Assembly: GCA_002633005.1 (NCBI GenBank) | Contig: NMRA01000141.1 | Span: 62,001 to 126,000, forward strand | Source of the DNA: Phoronis australis | Taxonomy: Eukaryota; Animalia; Phoronida | Direction: 5' to 3' | Length of the DNA stretch: 64,000 bases | In this document: piece after piece, positions 36,627-50,214 of the stretch | How positions within the stretch are numbered: position 1 is the stretch's first letter | Layout: each line of letters opens with the position of its first letter | The notes under the pieces: generated by a model | Told to the model about the DNA's origin: nothing | What the model saw: only the letters and a program-made list of their open reading frames with translations | The model's database searches: none | Translations under genes and position numbers: made by a program

Positions 36627-36944
36627 ATTTAAGTAGAGATTACCCTAACATCTGACCATAGGATAATATATAAAAATCGAATTATTGTTTCACAACAGTT
36701 TTCTGTCAGCAAACACTGAATTAGCATGCGCTCACACGGCCTCGGTGCCAGGTCAATTAGTTTTATTGCATCTAAAGCCGACAACGCAGTGATTTATTCA
36801 TTGCTGGCTTCTCAAAACATTCCAGTGCACTCAAGAACACTGCAAATTGTATCTAATGAGACAGACTTTGTTCCAGTTTTATAAGCATTGGTTAGGGAGA
36901 GAATATTTCATTTTGAAACAGAACGCACAATAATAAACGTCAAC

Positions 36945-37362
36945 ATGGCAACTCGCAATCCCTACTTAGACAAGTGCTCATCCGACGAAGACTTTACAGG
37001 TCCATCGTTAGGTTTCACAAGCTATCAGTTCGAACTGGTATACACTGATTAAGAAATACTAGAGGCGCCGTGAACGGGCACAGACAACGGAACATATGGA
37101 TAGTTCCAAAAACCGTTTGAATGACTTGTCATGGTGTCAGTGCGCTAACTGCGCGATAATGAAATCGACTGACGCTTGCGTTTGCTGCGACGAAATTCTG
37201 CAAGTGAAACGCCTTCTTGGAGAAGCGCAGATGTGTCTCACAGACCCTTCTGATTTTGCACCGCCTCTAAACAGAGGTGTGCTTATAACATTTTACGGCT
37301 GGGAAAAACAACTGGCGGAAGTATCCTACACCCAGAGGATAAAACAGAAACCTGACGAACGA
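36945..37362 (+). pseudogene. KolX / P2X7 cytoplasmic-ballast (nanor)-like Cys-rich protein, 5' exon, disrupted
   Basis: An acidic N-terminus with SYQFE is followed, after stops and a frameshift, by RLNDLSWCQCANCAIMKSTDACVCCDEI...CLT...F...LNRGVL. Donor gtaagt at 37363. Confidence 0.7.
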
Positions 37363-37439
37363 GTAAGTCATCAAGCAGGTTATATAAAATGCTGTGTTCT
37401 CATGCCTTGAATTAATTGTAATCTGTTCATCTTATGTTT

Positions 37440-37799
37440 TCATGGCCAACTACAATTCTCCATAATTAAAAACTGATCAACAACTGATCTGCGTTTAATT
37501 GTCTCCTGCCTGCCGAATGCAAACACACTAGGCACAACATCTGACTTCAGCCTCAGTCTCTTTTTCTGCCCTGGCATGTACTGTTTGGCAAGCCGACATT
37601 CGTCAGTGAAATCACAGTCGACGAAATGCCGGCCACAAACACGGAGATCATACTTGGTATTAACGGCGTTCTTTTCATTCTTCACTTCCCCGAGCCACTT
37701 CCAAAGCATTGTGGGCTTTCGAGGAAATCGAAAAAATGATATACCCGCTTTCTTCACAGCTTCATAGTTCGCACAAGAGGGAACAATACACCACACCAT
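37440..37799 (-). CDS. THAP zinc-finger domain ORF (119 aa), truncated transposase N-terminus
   Basis: MVWCIVPSC...FFRFP...W...VCGRHF..CDF...LKSDVVPSVF is a complete C2CH THAP signature including the AVP-like box. No DDE domain follows. Confidence 0.85.
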   Translation of the reverse strand: MVWCIVPSCANYEAVKKAGISFFRFPRKPTMLWKWLGEVKNEKNAVNTKYDLRVCGRHFVDCDFTDECRLAKQYMPGQKKRLRLKSDVVPSVFAFGRQETIKRRSVVDQFLIMENCSWP

Positions 37800-38535
37800 A
37801 GCGGCACTCACCCTGCCGAAGAACCACTTACGTCGCTGCATCCTTTTTCACTTTCCTCACAGGTTAACGCGACATATAAGAGGTGATGTGGATATAGACC
37901 GAATAACCCGGCAAAAAACACTAATTAAATCTAGTGGCATTCTCTTTTATGTTTCCATCTCCACAGGAATATTTCTGCCAAATTTCACAAAGATCTTCCC
38001 AAGGTTAAAGAGATTGGTTCACAGCTATTTAGTCGTAGTTAATATGTATACACTTGTGTTGACTGTTAATAAAGTTTGCTTATAAACCACATTTATTTTA
38101 ACTTCATTCCCCATATTCTTCTATTATTCGTTTAAAACATGCTCCCACTTCCCCACAAAATTTTGAAAACAGAAAAATTTCAATTTCGGCTATCTTCGGA
38201 AACACGTCACATCAGGAACCTGACCTGATCACTGCCGAGTCTGTCCATAGGTTTGTACTCTTGGCTGAGACTATCTGGCACAAATGGAATCTTTGTGTTT
38301 GTTAGAATCGGTTTATTATGTAATTTTTGCCCATTAATGCTCTGAAATGTGACACAGATACACATGGTCTTGTGTGTTGTCATAAACATTTTACAGTAGT
38401 TAGTGGGGACATGACCTGATCATTGCAGAGTCGGCCTGACTGAGTCCAAAGTGTCCATTGCTGTGTGCTAAGAGGAGTACTTTTTTCAAATGTAGACCGA
38501 TTTTTAGATTTAAACTGGAGTTCATTTGAAGAAGA

Positions 38536-38800
38536 ATGCCTGATCGTTGTGTAGTTGGAGGCTGTGGCAATACGCCAAGGGCTGGGGTATCGCACAAGTT
38601 TCCCACTGATCCAAGACTGCATCGCAAGTGAGAATACTTTGCGAAGTCCACGAGTGGAGCGTTGCCGTATTCGGTAGTATGTAGCGAACATATTTCTATG
38701 GACTGCTTCTAGAACTACAGCCTGTGATCCGAGTATAGATGTAAACCAGGATGCGTGAACTTTTAGAGAGTATTCGAAACGGTACATGCCGTCGCTTTCC
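38536..38800 (+). pseudogene. THAP-domain pseudogene (transposon remnant)
   Basis: MPDRCVVGGCGNTPRAGVSHKFPTDPRLHRK*EYF...VVCSEHISMDCF*. The conserved Trp is now TGA and more stops follow. Confidence 0.75.
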
Positions 38801-41800
38801 AGAAGCTAGAGGGCCTTGAGGTAGTATACAAGCTAACATTCAAAACGGCGGATAGCATCGACGGACACTGTCGGACAACATTAGTGCTAGAAGTAAACAG
38901 TAAATTACTTTTCTCTTTAATTACAGTTTTTGCAACATACCGGTAAGCGTTTGTAGGTGGATGTGCTGAAAAGCTTGATACTCGTTACCTGTCGTTGGAA
39001 TCCATTGAATTTTAGCCAAGTCGATCGCTAGGTGGACTAAATGAACAGTAAGAGTAGGGCTGTCCAACCGATTTTTTTTTCTATTTGCAAAAATACTTCA
39101 ACATAATCGGAAAGATAATGCATCCCACTCAATAAAAATTGAAAAATTACCAAATCGGGTTAAGCAGTGCACATTTATTGCAATTTTGGTGGCGAAATTT
39201 GGGTCATTTGTTTGGATCTGGTTGGCCATCTTGGACAACCGCGGCATAAGTTACGAGTTTAAAACCGCGTGCATAATTTATTTTCACCAATAATTTACGA
39301 CGAAATTTTAGTGTGAAAGATTTATACCTACTATTCAGAGCGATTCAATAGTTTTCATTGGATTTCAGCCAAGCAGATGTTACTTATTGAGTGATAAAAA
39401 TGCTCACAATTCCCGTTGGACTTAGTCTCATTTCCGGCGGCACCGACAACATAGCGACTTCTGCTGAACTGAAGGGCATGTTCAATCGGCTATTTTGTAC
39501 TTGGTGAAGTTTTAACTTTGATACATTTTGATGAAAGCTGCTACAAAAAAGCAACTTTGCACAATGTTTATGTTTTTGTGCAAAAATATAAGGAATATTC
39601 TAATTATTGCAGTGTGAATATCCCATTCAGTTGACCATACATTCAGTTTAAAAATAGTTGAAAGTTTTGAAATCGTTTTTTTCTTTGAAAGTCAATTGCG
39701 CTTCAAGGTTTGATTATGTGTCACAACAAAATACATATTTTTACTTGTTCTAAATTTTACGTATGAATCGTTCTTTCAATACATGCGTTGTAACTTTTTG
39801 CTTTCTTAATTCAAGTTATCAAGGCCCAAAATGAAAAGGCTCTTATTAGAGTAATCGGCCATGTTGGATTGTGAAGCTTCCAGCCTCCAATCCTTTTTCC
39901 ATGCAACTTTTTATTTTTTTCAAATCATGCTTATCGAATTCTAATGTAAAGAAATGTCTGGTCGCCATGGTAAAAGTTAGGCATATCCACTTTCATATCA
40001 TGTAAAATTGTCTTGTTATTGGATAACGTTTGTAATGCTTAAATGTTCTAAAGTACTGTGCATTCTAAGTTACTTATTTTGGTAAAAGATTAGATCATTT
40101 TGACTCGCATATAAACTATACTGTACTGAGATTATTTCAGTTGTGACTTATGTACAGTAGCGGTAACCTTCAACCACCTTGAAAGTATTTCACTGTAGAA
40201 ACCAAATATATAGCTCCGACTGAAAGCACTTGATTTTAATTTGAACTGTGGATTAAATCATATTCGTCCACTGCTTTGTTCTTTGATTTATATGACTCAG
40301 TGACCAAAGCATGATAGAATTAACTTGCCATAATGAACGGCATCTTCAGGTAATGTTTCTCGATGTCTTGCGTTTATTATTATTTCAATAGATTAACACA
40401 TGAATTTATAAAACCAAGTTCAGAAGACTTCCATTTCAAGTGTTCTTGTAATTCTGTCATTGAGATTGCCACCTCCACTCAAATTTCAATTAATTTTATA
40501 TACGTGGTTAAATTAAAAGGTGACACCCTCTTTACTCACTGCTGAAAATTAAAAAAATGAAAACTGCAATATTTTGTATTAGGCTTGATTATCTGTGATA
40601 CACTGGTATTTACGTCTCCTTGGCGAAAAACAATTTAATTATGCCAACAAATGAAGTAATTGAAAGGAATTATCAAATGAAGCAAGCAAAATTTTGGAGG
40701 GTTGACTGCTTGTAGCCATTGCAATACACAGCTGTCTTCCTGGTCTGACATCACAGACGTTTATGTAACCACATATGCCTGTTCTCAGAATGGGGCTATT
40801 CGGAAAATTCTCCTCGCGGTGTCGCTGCTGTACTAGTAGTGATTGAATTGCGCATGCGTGGCTGTCTGCATGTAAACAACTGGTAAAAGATGGAATTTTT
40901 ATCAAAATACGTCGTCGCGCTAAGCCTTATTACTGCTAATTTCCCTGGTGCAAGTCTTCGACAGGTGGCCACAAATTCCCAAAAGACCTAAAGTTACTAT
41001 ATTCGTGGACAATTGCGGTCAAAAGGGTCAACTAATTGACAAAAAGTGTGTGGATGCTGAAGCCCCGTGTGTGCTCAATGACTATGCAGTTCCATTCGGA
41101 AACTACACAACATTACTTGGTGAGTTTTTAACAATCAAGTTTCTATCAACATCGTTTGGTGATGTTATCCCCACCAGTTACCCCACTGAATAACAGGTTT
41201 ATTGAGTGGAACTAGTGTTTTTATTAGGAAACTCAGCTCAGTTATCGAATCAACATGAATATGCCTTAATTCAGTAAATGTCGTAACATTGTATTGGAAG
41301 AAAAATTGACACCTAGAATGAATTTTACTTGTTGAGATCACATTTTAAGTGTCATGAAAAATACATATTGATAAATCACTTTTAGCCTGTTTCACATATT
41401 TTAATTCAGATATTAAATAAGACTTGGGTACAAAGGTTATTAGTTTCTACACATAAACATGAAGATGAAACGTCAAGTATGTTCTGCCTTACAAAAGTAG
41501 TTTTGTCTTGTCTTTTCCTTTACAATTTGCTAATATTTCTCCGACTATTCTGTTACAGGTGAGCGAAAACAACTAAAACCAACCGCCCGACCATTTATTT
41601 TACCTGTGGACAAAGTGGAAAGCAATCCTTCAGCAATAACCTGAGAGAATTGAACATAATTCAGAAATTAGCACTTGATATGCCTGATTATGGACTCCGT
41701 CGCAATGTTGTTATTTTCTGTGCTTTTTCAGTTTGCCATTTGTTTTTAAATACACTGATACTTATTTATTCTCGAGTCTTGTACATAGTAGATTCTTATC

Positions 41801-44369
41801 CAACTAGCTACAATTGAAAACATACAATAAGACAATCGATGCAGTCACTGAATGTCATTTCCCCATAATGTGTACCAAATTGAAAAGTTTTTACCAATAG
41901 TATAAAGCCTTTGTTCTGAAAGAAAAATTTAATGTCACTCAGCTTTTGGCTTTCATTTCACTGGGATCTAGTTTCAATGGCCTATAGAAGCGCTTGTACA
42001 CGTGGCTTTCTTTCATGTAACATCATTCAGCCTCACTTGTCTGCAAAATATACAAGCTTTTTGAGACAATTTCAAACCTTTGCTACCCATTTTCAAGCCT
42101 TTTTAATTTTGATAATTTCAGCAATTTTAAACTCCGATTACAGGTTCATGGGTCTGTCAAGAATACTTCTAGTCTAAGGTTGAGGGAACCGTTTCTCAAA
42201 CTTAATTTTCTTCTAATAGAAGATATGAAGACTTGGGTCATTTAAAAATGATGATTAATCTTTCTGTTGTTTAAGAGTAATTACAACTTGTAAGGCACCA
42301 TCAAAAATGCAATTTTCACAAAAATGGCAGTCATTTGAATTTATAACGACTTGCAACATTTCAAGGCATGAGTTAAGACTATTCAGTCACTGTGAATTCA
42401 GAAAATGTAATATATTTTCATGGGTTTACAATTGATACAAGTAGCAAAACAGTTTCAAGAAATCAACTTGAAGGGACTTCATGAAGGTTAAGAATTACCT
42501 CACCATGCTCTTTTCCTCAAACATGTATTACCTGTTATTTCCACACATTCAGTTGTACCAAATGTTACAACCCCAACCCCCCATGCCAATCCCCCGCTAA
42601 GGACCTGAATGAGAAAATTAACAAAATGACTTACATACCTTTCTTTAAAAATAGCTGTTCCTTTTCAAAGGCTTTGTTCGTTGCCTCCAATATTGAAAGT
42701 AGGCTTTGACAAAAGATCTGCACTGTATGGGAAGATCTTGTTGGTTAGCTGCAGTCAAATGCTAAAAACCAATTTTTGTCCATTCAGGGACGGTACAGAA
42801 GCGATGCATATCTCCTCTGCACGGTACAAGCCCTCAAACCTAAAAACCAAAGGTTACGTGAAAACAGAGTCTGAAGTGATAGATTTCCATTTCAACGTGT
42901 AATAGATTTCCAGAAGATATATGATAGGGAGTAAACAAATAGTCTAATGCAATGGATATTTGTCATGTACCCCGCTTTGCCATTGGGCTTGGATTGTAAT
43001 CTTAACTCATTAACCTGTATCGAGTTGAAAACATAAACATTCAGCACTGATTGATGTAACTGTCACTGACAAACTGTTAGAAATCATTCCAAATAATAAT
43101 AATGCTTTGATGTACGAAAAGATCCCGATTGCTATGTCAAGTATCGTATCACATGTCACAACAAACAAAGATTAACCCGACTGGCGACTGCCGCGAAGTC
43201 GACATCGGCGATTACCTCAGTTAACAGGCATCGGTAGAATAAGCATGGAGTAATCGTTAAAATATTCACAAACCTTACCTTTGTATAAGGTCGTGCTTAC
43301 CTTCTCTCATAGAAGCACCCTTTTCACGCAATCTCAGATTCAGTTGGCACGGCTGCAAGCCATTTCACCATGTATTTAAAGGGCTCACGAAATCGAGGCT
43401 GTTAATCTATCACCACTAGTACACGCACGCCCTCTAGTTATTGCAGATTTTCCGAATAGCCCCATTGACTCTGGCCTGCTGAAGTCGGATAAGGTACTGC
43501 TGGGCTTTTCTCCTTAACCAAGCTGTGCTGACGAACTGCCCTGTGCAACAGATTCAAACAGTGCTATTATTTGTTTTGAAAAGCAGTTGTTTTGGTGTGA
43601 AACTATGTCTTTAAGGAGATAAAGTCGTGGACGCTACAAACCAAATTGTCAATAGAGGGCGCCAGAGTAGTCGAACTCGTCCGTAAATCAGCGTTAGCCA
43701 CGAACACATCTGCCAATTTTCGTGATGATCCTTAATTGGAGCGGTCTCGCGGAGAGGCGGATGTCAAAACGTGCTAATTTTTTTAAATGGCCACCAAGCA
43801 TCGCAGACTACGTCAAATATGTCCGAAAACGTGAAGGAGTCGTTTCCTTAATAGAAACGTTTTTGCTAAATTTCATAAAAATCCGTCAGGGAACTCCAAC
43901 GATGCAGAGGCAAACGCGAAAAAATAAGTATGCAGCGCAGCTGTTAGATCGGTTCCGTCGAAACCCCCAGTCGTCGTCAGTCATCAGCTTCATAGGACCA
44001 CATCTGTAATATCTCACTATGGTCTTGCAAGGGGTTTAGGAGATACAGAAGCAGGCACTAGAAGCCGTGCGCCCGGATGGCACCATACCTTTCATTGGTC
44101 GCGCCGCCAGTGTTCCACGTTTTAATGACAAATCTTCGCCTTTGACACATTTTGTCTTTGAGGTGATGGATCCGAAACTAGTCTACAAGAGACTGAGAAG
44201 GCCGACACTGTGAAGTTGGATTCCAAATCTTGAATGAGCGTCAAGTCGTTCAATATTCCCCATATATTCTACATCAATTGCTTCCCAGTAGTAGATGCTA
44301 AAAACACAAACAAAAACATGGTCACAATACATGTCTACTGGTGGGTGTAAAAGCTTTCGTACAAGACTT

Positions 44370-44880
44370 AATTGGCCACTAATGTTGATGACGTCTTTCA
44401 TTGTTCGCGAGATGAATTGTCGTTTTTTCAGACATTGATTGAATCCAATTTCGCATTGACGTTCACGTACGAATTGCCCGTCAGTAAAAAACTTCCGTTT
44501 CGTCAGGGGCGGATCCAGGATTTTGAGTTAGGGGGGCCAGGGCAGCATATTATCCAGGATTTTGCCCGTCAGACATTCGCACCTCGGAACTACCCAATGG
44601 AATCTGGGAGAATTTTAGGGGGGGGGCATGGCCCCCTTGGCCCCCTCTAAATCCGCCACTGCGATTCGTTGTGTCCTTGTACATCATTCTCACTGTGGAA
44701 TTCGTACTTCAGTTTATCACAAACCTATAGGAGTTTGTATGCTTACAGTAATTGCCACGAACGTTACAGATTAGCTGTTTTGACCAGTTACCTCAAGAGG
44801 GCGCACCAGGTACCATCTGATTGGCATGCATTTAACGTCGAAATCCAGCGCATAAAAACAAGTTCTAGTAAATAACGAGT
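44370..44880 (+). mobile_element. Penelope-like reverse transcriptase remnant, interrupted by a hAT MITE
   Basis: NVDDVF...LTFTYELPVSKKLPF resembles YVDD...FT-E...LPFLD. After the MITE it reads SNCHERYRLAVLTSYLKRAHQVPSDWHAFNVEIQRIK, like the PLE thumb region. Confidence 0.7.
44504..44661 (+). mobile_element. hAT-like MITE, 158 bp, 8-bp TSD
   Basis: cgtttcgt|caggggcggat...atccgccactg|cgattcgt (TSD with one mismatch). Confidence 0.85.
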
Positions 44881-46333
44881 ATTAATTATTTTGTTGATCC
44901 TTAAAAAGTTTCTGAAGTCCAAAAACTTTTATTTTTAATGTAATTTAGTGTATGAATAAACTCTATATCAGCATTCACATCTTTGTTATTCTTTCATGTT
45001 TTTGTAAAAAGTGTTTTTCCAATTTTAATTCATATTGGCTAACGCGCATCTGACGTCACTGAGGCTGTACCGTGGGTGACGTCAATGCGATAAATTAAGC
45101 TTCATTATGTATATAACTTATTGGATGAATGCGTCTCGGCTACAGAATTGTTCTTAATTTGTATAACTCGTCTACCGTACGATCTCGGCTCTCAAAAGTT
45201 CGTAATACAAGTTTACTGCCGTGTGGTGTTGACTATTAATGAAACGATGCCGTTCTGTATCAGGACAGTACAGTGGCCCCGACTGCGTAGCCTTGCCTTG
45301 GTGCAAGCTTTATAGTAAATATACAGCGGCCGTTGCGCCGACGTGAAAACTGATCAAATAAGATCTGACACAAAATTAGTGTAATTAAAAACTACTGTAA
45401 CAATCCTTCTTGAGAAAACTAAGTTATTTATCGGTGTTGAAAAAAATGGCGTTCTACCGTTCACCCTGCTAAAATTAGGGCCCGCTAATTCAGGTCGTCT
45501 TTCGTCGCCGACACCTGTTGCCATATTGGCCAGTTTCGTTCCCCGAGTCCTTCCAAGTACAACAAGCGATCAAACTGTTCTTCGAAGTTGTGTGTAATTA
45601 TGTCACAACAAATTGTCGAAGCTTATTTAATTTATTTCAAGATTTTAGTATTTAATACCAGCAAACCGAATTTCAGAACAAATTTTGCTCCTCCGAACCT
45701 GTTATCATCTCCCAAGAGATGTCGCAAAATTTTAGGAAATGGCGCGTGTTTTCGAAACCGCGGCTGAATTTAATTTTCTTTGTTACAAAAGGCTGAAAAT
45801 TTGAAGAGAAAATGACTTCTATTAGGTTGTTTTTCACTTAAACGGCTCCAGCAGGCAAGATAAATGTCGGTTGACAACCAAATATTTGCACGCACCCCTG
45901 CGGGTTTATAGCTCTACATGCTGATATACATTTCACAACGAAGTGACGATCAGAACTACCCGGGCTATGGGAAATTTCGGAGTCTAACGGAACCCAACAT
46001 ACATGTACACTGCTACTGGTACTTAGCTGTATTTTGACGATGCGGTCTTCATGTAACTAGCTGGCTGGCTAGGCCCCGGGATGAATCAATGTTACAGGGA
46101 AGAAAAAACAAAAAAGGTCGTGGGTATGCACAGGCTGATCTGTCGACTGGAATACGTACTCGCACGGCCACCGACCTCATGATATCTCTTTGTGCTGTAC
46201 AGTCTCAGTGACGTCACGAAAAACAGTTGGCTTTACGGAACTAACAAAGTTTTATTTTTCTATTTATGTTATTGCAATTAACCAACCTTTATACATTCAA
46301 AATTCATATTAAGATGCTGAAACATGTAGTTCA

Positions 46334-46735
46334 GGGCCCGGTCTCTAATCTTTGTCCTCGAAACGAACTCGAAACTATTTTTGGCAATTTCTCTGCTCCT
46401 TTTGTGCGAACTTAAGATAATTGGTTATCAGTCTGTGCTCGAATACATTATAGTTTATGCATAGGGGTTTCTAGTTCAAGTTTGCCCTTGAAGACCGTTA
46501 TATTCGTGCTACAAACTCGAGTAAAAACTCGAAATTTCGAGTTCAAACTCGAACTTATTGCTTTAATATTGGGTTTACAAACTGTGAACTAAGGGCAATA
46601 GATTATCTACGAAAGTTATTGTGTACTCGAGCATAGAATAATAGACACTTATCTTGATTTCGCCCAAAAGTAGAGTAGAAAATGCCAAACCTGATTTCGA
46701 GTTCCATTTCGAGTAAAAAGATTGGAGACCGGGCC
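46334..46735. mobile_element. MITE with gggcccggtctc TIRs (Harbinger-like)
   Basis: gggcccggtctctaatcttt...aaagattggagaccgggccc. No clean TSD. Confidence 0.75.
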
Positions 46736-46752
46736 CTACAGGCCTCTTCTAA

Positions 46753-48980
46753 CAGGCCCGTAGCCAGGGGGGGGATTCGGGGGGGGTTCGATCGAACCCC
46801 TCCCCCCTCGGAAAAGGTCCAGACCCTACCTATTCGTTAAAGACGGGATATAGATAGACAACAACAACAAAATTGTTGCAGTTACTGGTGCTACTAACTA
46901 CAATCATAAACTAAGTCACTAATAATTTTGAATTTAGTTCACGTAATTATCGGGCCGTATCCGGTCAACTTCGCCCGAATGATGCTTGATGATAGGATCG
47001 TGCAGACGATTAGAGGAGGCTTTATGTTATTCATCGGCATTGAACGCACGTGAACGCGCGTTATGGTTACAACATAGGGTAACACGGGAGTCTAGAAGTA
47101 AATGTCTATACCTAAATAGGCTATATAGCAGCGAGAGAGCTCCCAAAAGGTAGTTCCGTGTGAACGTCTTAAAATCGACCAAGAAACAAAATAGCAAAAA
47201 GTAGGTTTATCTGCTATTCTGATAGTGGCAGAGTACGGTAATGTGCAGACATTTTTCAAACTTCCGGCAACTCTAGTTGTGGATTGGTGGATGACATACA
47301 TGCGTATACACGTGTGTGCGTTTCCATTCTTTTAAATTCAGTACACGCCTATGATAATTAAATTCACAATAGGCAGTCCTCCGTCGTTGCTCAAAAATCA
47401 GACATTTAACTACATGGGCGGCGCACCATAGGGAGTTGGGGGCTATAGTCCCCACTTTTTTCAGTGCTTCGCCGTCCATAGTCTATGCCGGGGGGAGGGG
47501 GATATAGCCCTCTCTTTTTTCAGTGCTGCACCCCCATGAACTACCGTATTTTCTTGCACTAAGAAAACCCCGACGATCTTGTTCATATTATTAGGGAAAA
47601 GTAGGCCTTTACCTAATGTTTGGTCAATGAAGAAAGTCTTCTCTTGTCAATCGGTGCCGATGGCGCACAGCCTCGCAGGCGTCATACGAGCAAACTAAAA
47701 CTTGATGGAAAAAATTTCCAAGGTTACATGTCGCTATTCCGAATTTTCAAAACTCCGAAAGTCCACTACTCCGAAGTTACTGCGAAGGTTCGCTACATTC
47801 GAAAGTTCACTTTACTTCAAATGTCCACAATTAGAAACCAAAACTCCGACAATTCATTACTCGGCCTTGAAATGACATGAGAAAAGTATTGTATTTGTGC
47901 CCATTTAGTAACTATTTAAAGGGTGTACAATTTGATTACATTGTTTACAAATGAGCTCAGTTCCAATCACTGCCAATCGTGAATCTTCAATATAACTAAC
48001 GACTCATTCAGTCTGAAGCAGGGACAACATCAGGTCAGGACTTCAACGACCAATAGCGGCGGTTTTAAATTTAAGATGACTGAATGGGACTCTCCGACTT
48101 CGTGAAGACTGGCAGGGACAGGGTAGCCTACTAACTACATTTAGTTTCGACCCGGCCATGCGCGTGGTTCCGATGGGTGAGTTTGAGGAGCAGCAACCTT
48201 AAACTAGCTCGGTAACGCTGTGAAATGATGCGACCTTGCAGGCATTTGGTGCATGTATCGTGGTTGATAATTCATCAATATTCCTACTTTTTAATCTTTT
48301 AAAAATTCAAGTACGTACTCATTTTCCGTATTCGACAGACATGCGGGCAATTTCCCATACACATGAAATCCGGGCGTTGTTTGAGCATAGGTACACCACC
48401 TAGTGCATCTAATAACGAAGTGTCGTTTGTTTCTGCAGGTAAAAGGGGATGTCTGATACACCCAAGACCGAAATTTTAGATCTTTTCGGGGTAGTGAACC
48501 TTCGGAATAATGAACCTTCAGAGAAGTGAGCCTTTTGGAATAGTGGGCTGTTCCCATTTCCAGCGATGTAAGCAAGTTAAGTAACACGCAAAATACAACC
48601 AGAGTAAAATATTCAAGTCGATGATTAAATATTTCAGATCGAGTATGTAATGAGGTGGCACTCATTTAAGCACGCCCGGTTTGAAAGTTTGGCAGGAGGT
48701 AACGCGGGAACATTCTCTTTCTGGACCACATTACATCCGAATTTGGGTCCCGTTCTTTGTGATCAATCGTCAGGGCATCCCCATTTCTGGTATTACGACT
48801 TCCGTCTGACCAGTTGGGAACATAGACCTGAGAGTCGACGTTGTGTATATAGATTTCCCTCCCCCTAGTGAAGCTCCGTCATGGGCCTTACCGAAAACTC
48901 TACAGAGTCGAAAATATCCGCAAAGATCCACTGTTCCAGAAATTCGAACCACCCCCTGCGCAATGCTGGCTACGGGCCTG
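46753..48980. mobile_element. 2.2-kb non-autonomous DNA transposon with a perfect 15-bp TIR and 5-bp TSD (hAT-like)
   Basis: tctaa|caggcccgtagccag...ctggctacgggcctg|tctaa. Confidence 0.85.
47720..48560. mobile_element. Nested element with inverted subterminal short repeats
   Basis: ccgaaagtccactactccgaa / cgaaggttcgctac repeats at ~47750 are mirrored by gtagtgaaccttcggaataatgaaccttc at ~48490. Confidence 0.45.
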
Positions 48981-49418
48981 TCTAATATCTAGGATTGACT
49001 CTTATATTGACACCGAACCAAGCGCCAGTAGGCCTATAGCAAAGATTCACTACTCTCATACTTTGGTGGCGCTACAAAAATGATTGCTGTGCACAGTTGT
49101 GCGGGACACAGTGCCTCGTTTAAGTATAAATTTTAACAACACAAACGTAAAATGTGATCCAAACATGCAGAACCATTTGTAGTTTCGACGCAACCTCTCG
49201 TTTTTAACCCTCTACAACGTGGTTACAATATTTGAATTCGGTTTGCAACAATTTTAGTGTGATATTTGAAGCATTTCTTCTTCAAATGTGTACTTCTAAT
49301 GGAGAAATCAACGCAAAAAACTTAATTTTTTTTTGACGCCATTAGTGGATCCGGCCTCCGCTAGTGTGTTGTTCTACACCAGCCGCGAGTCGTAGTGGTC
49401 TCGAAAACCGTAAGTCTT

Positions 49419-49547
49419 ATGAAAAGTTGCATGTGCGAAGGATGCAGTAGTAGCAATCGGACAGACAATAGTCCAATTTTTGCGTTTCCAAAAGACCCCA
49501 AGATCGCCCAAAAATGGCACAGGTTTTTGCGTCGGACACGGGCGTGA
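49419..49547 (+). pseudogene. Truncated THAP-domain fragment
   Basis: MKSCMCEGCSSSNRTDNSPIFAFPKDPKIAQKWHRFLRRTRA* matches the first half of THAP (C-x4-C...FPKD...W). Confidence 0.7.
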
Positions 49548-50214
49548 CAGTACACGGTAGAGCAAGGGTTTACTTCAATTCAGGGGTTACGCTGTGCTCA
49601 GCCCAATTTGAAGAATCGCCGAAACGGAGATTTGATGAAGGTTTCTCCAACGTGTAATTGCATCTGATGGAAAAAAAGTGTATTGTGTTGTACCGTTGCT
49701 GGAAATGTAGTTGTCGGGCACGTACTGAGTATGAGACCAACATGAAATTATGACTGAGATAATGTGATTGCAGTAAGTTTCCATCAGTCTATTCTTGTTC
49801 ATTATTTTGTGAGAATACAATGCTATCCACATGTGCCGAATAATGGAAAATGGGATGTAAATGGCACGCAACGAGTTTGAGATCACGACCGCAGCGGGCA
49901 CAGAAGCTGGAATCGGACACTGGACCGAAATAATCGACGAATCAGAACGTTACAAAGCTTTCATTATTTTGGAACAGACGAGACAGAAACGCGTCATTTA
50001 CCAGAAAGAAAATCCAGTTAGCATTTCTACAATTAGATATGATCGTTCTTTACAAACGCACTCGGCTTTCGGAAAAATGGAATCAGTGTCCGCTATTCGC
50101 GACTGGGCTTCGACAGCCGGACTAAAAACTTCGGATAGATTTACAGTCGGAGACACATATTACCAAAGTGGTTAAAAAATTAAATCGAGATTCAATAGGA
50201 GGCTTTAATTACCA

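Larger units (their letters stand above)
35868..37946. mobile_element. Internally deleted Kolobok-type DNA transposon
   Basis: ttaa|aggagaatgccac...gtggcattctctt|ttat: a 13-bp TIR with one mismatch and TTAA/TTAT flanks. It encloses convergent KolX-like and THAP gene fragments. Confidence 0.75.

Noticed and set aside
49861-50175. 104-aa ORF MARNEFEITT...
   Set aside because: It lies inside a probable transposon remnant and has no recognisable motif or splice context.
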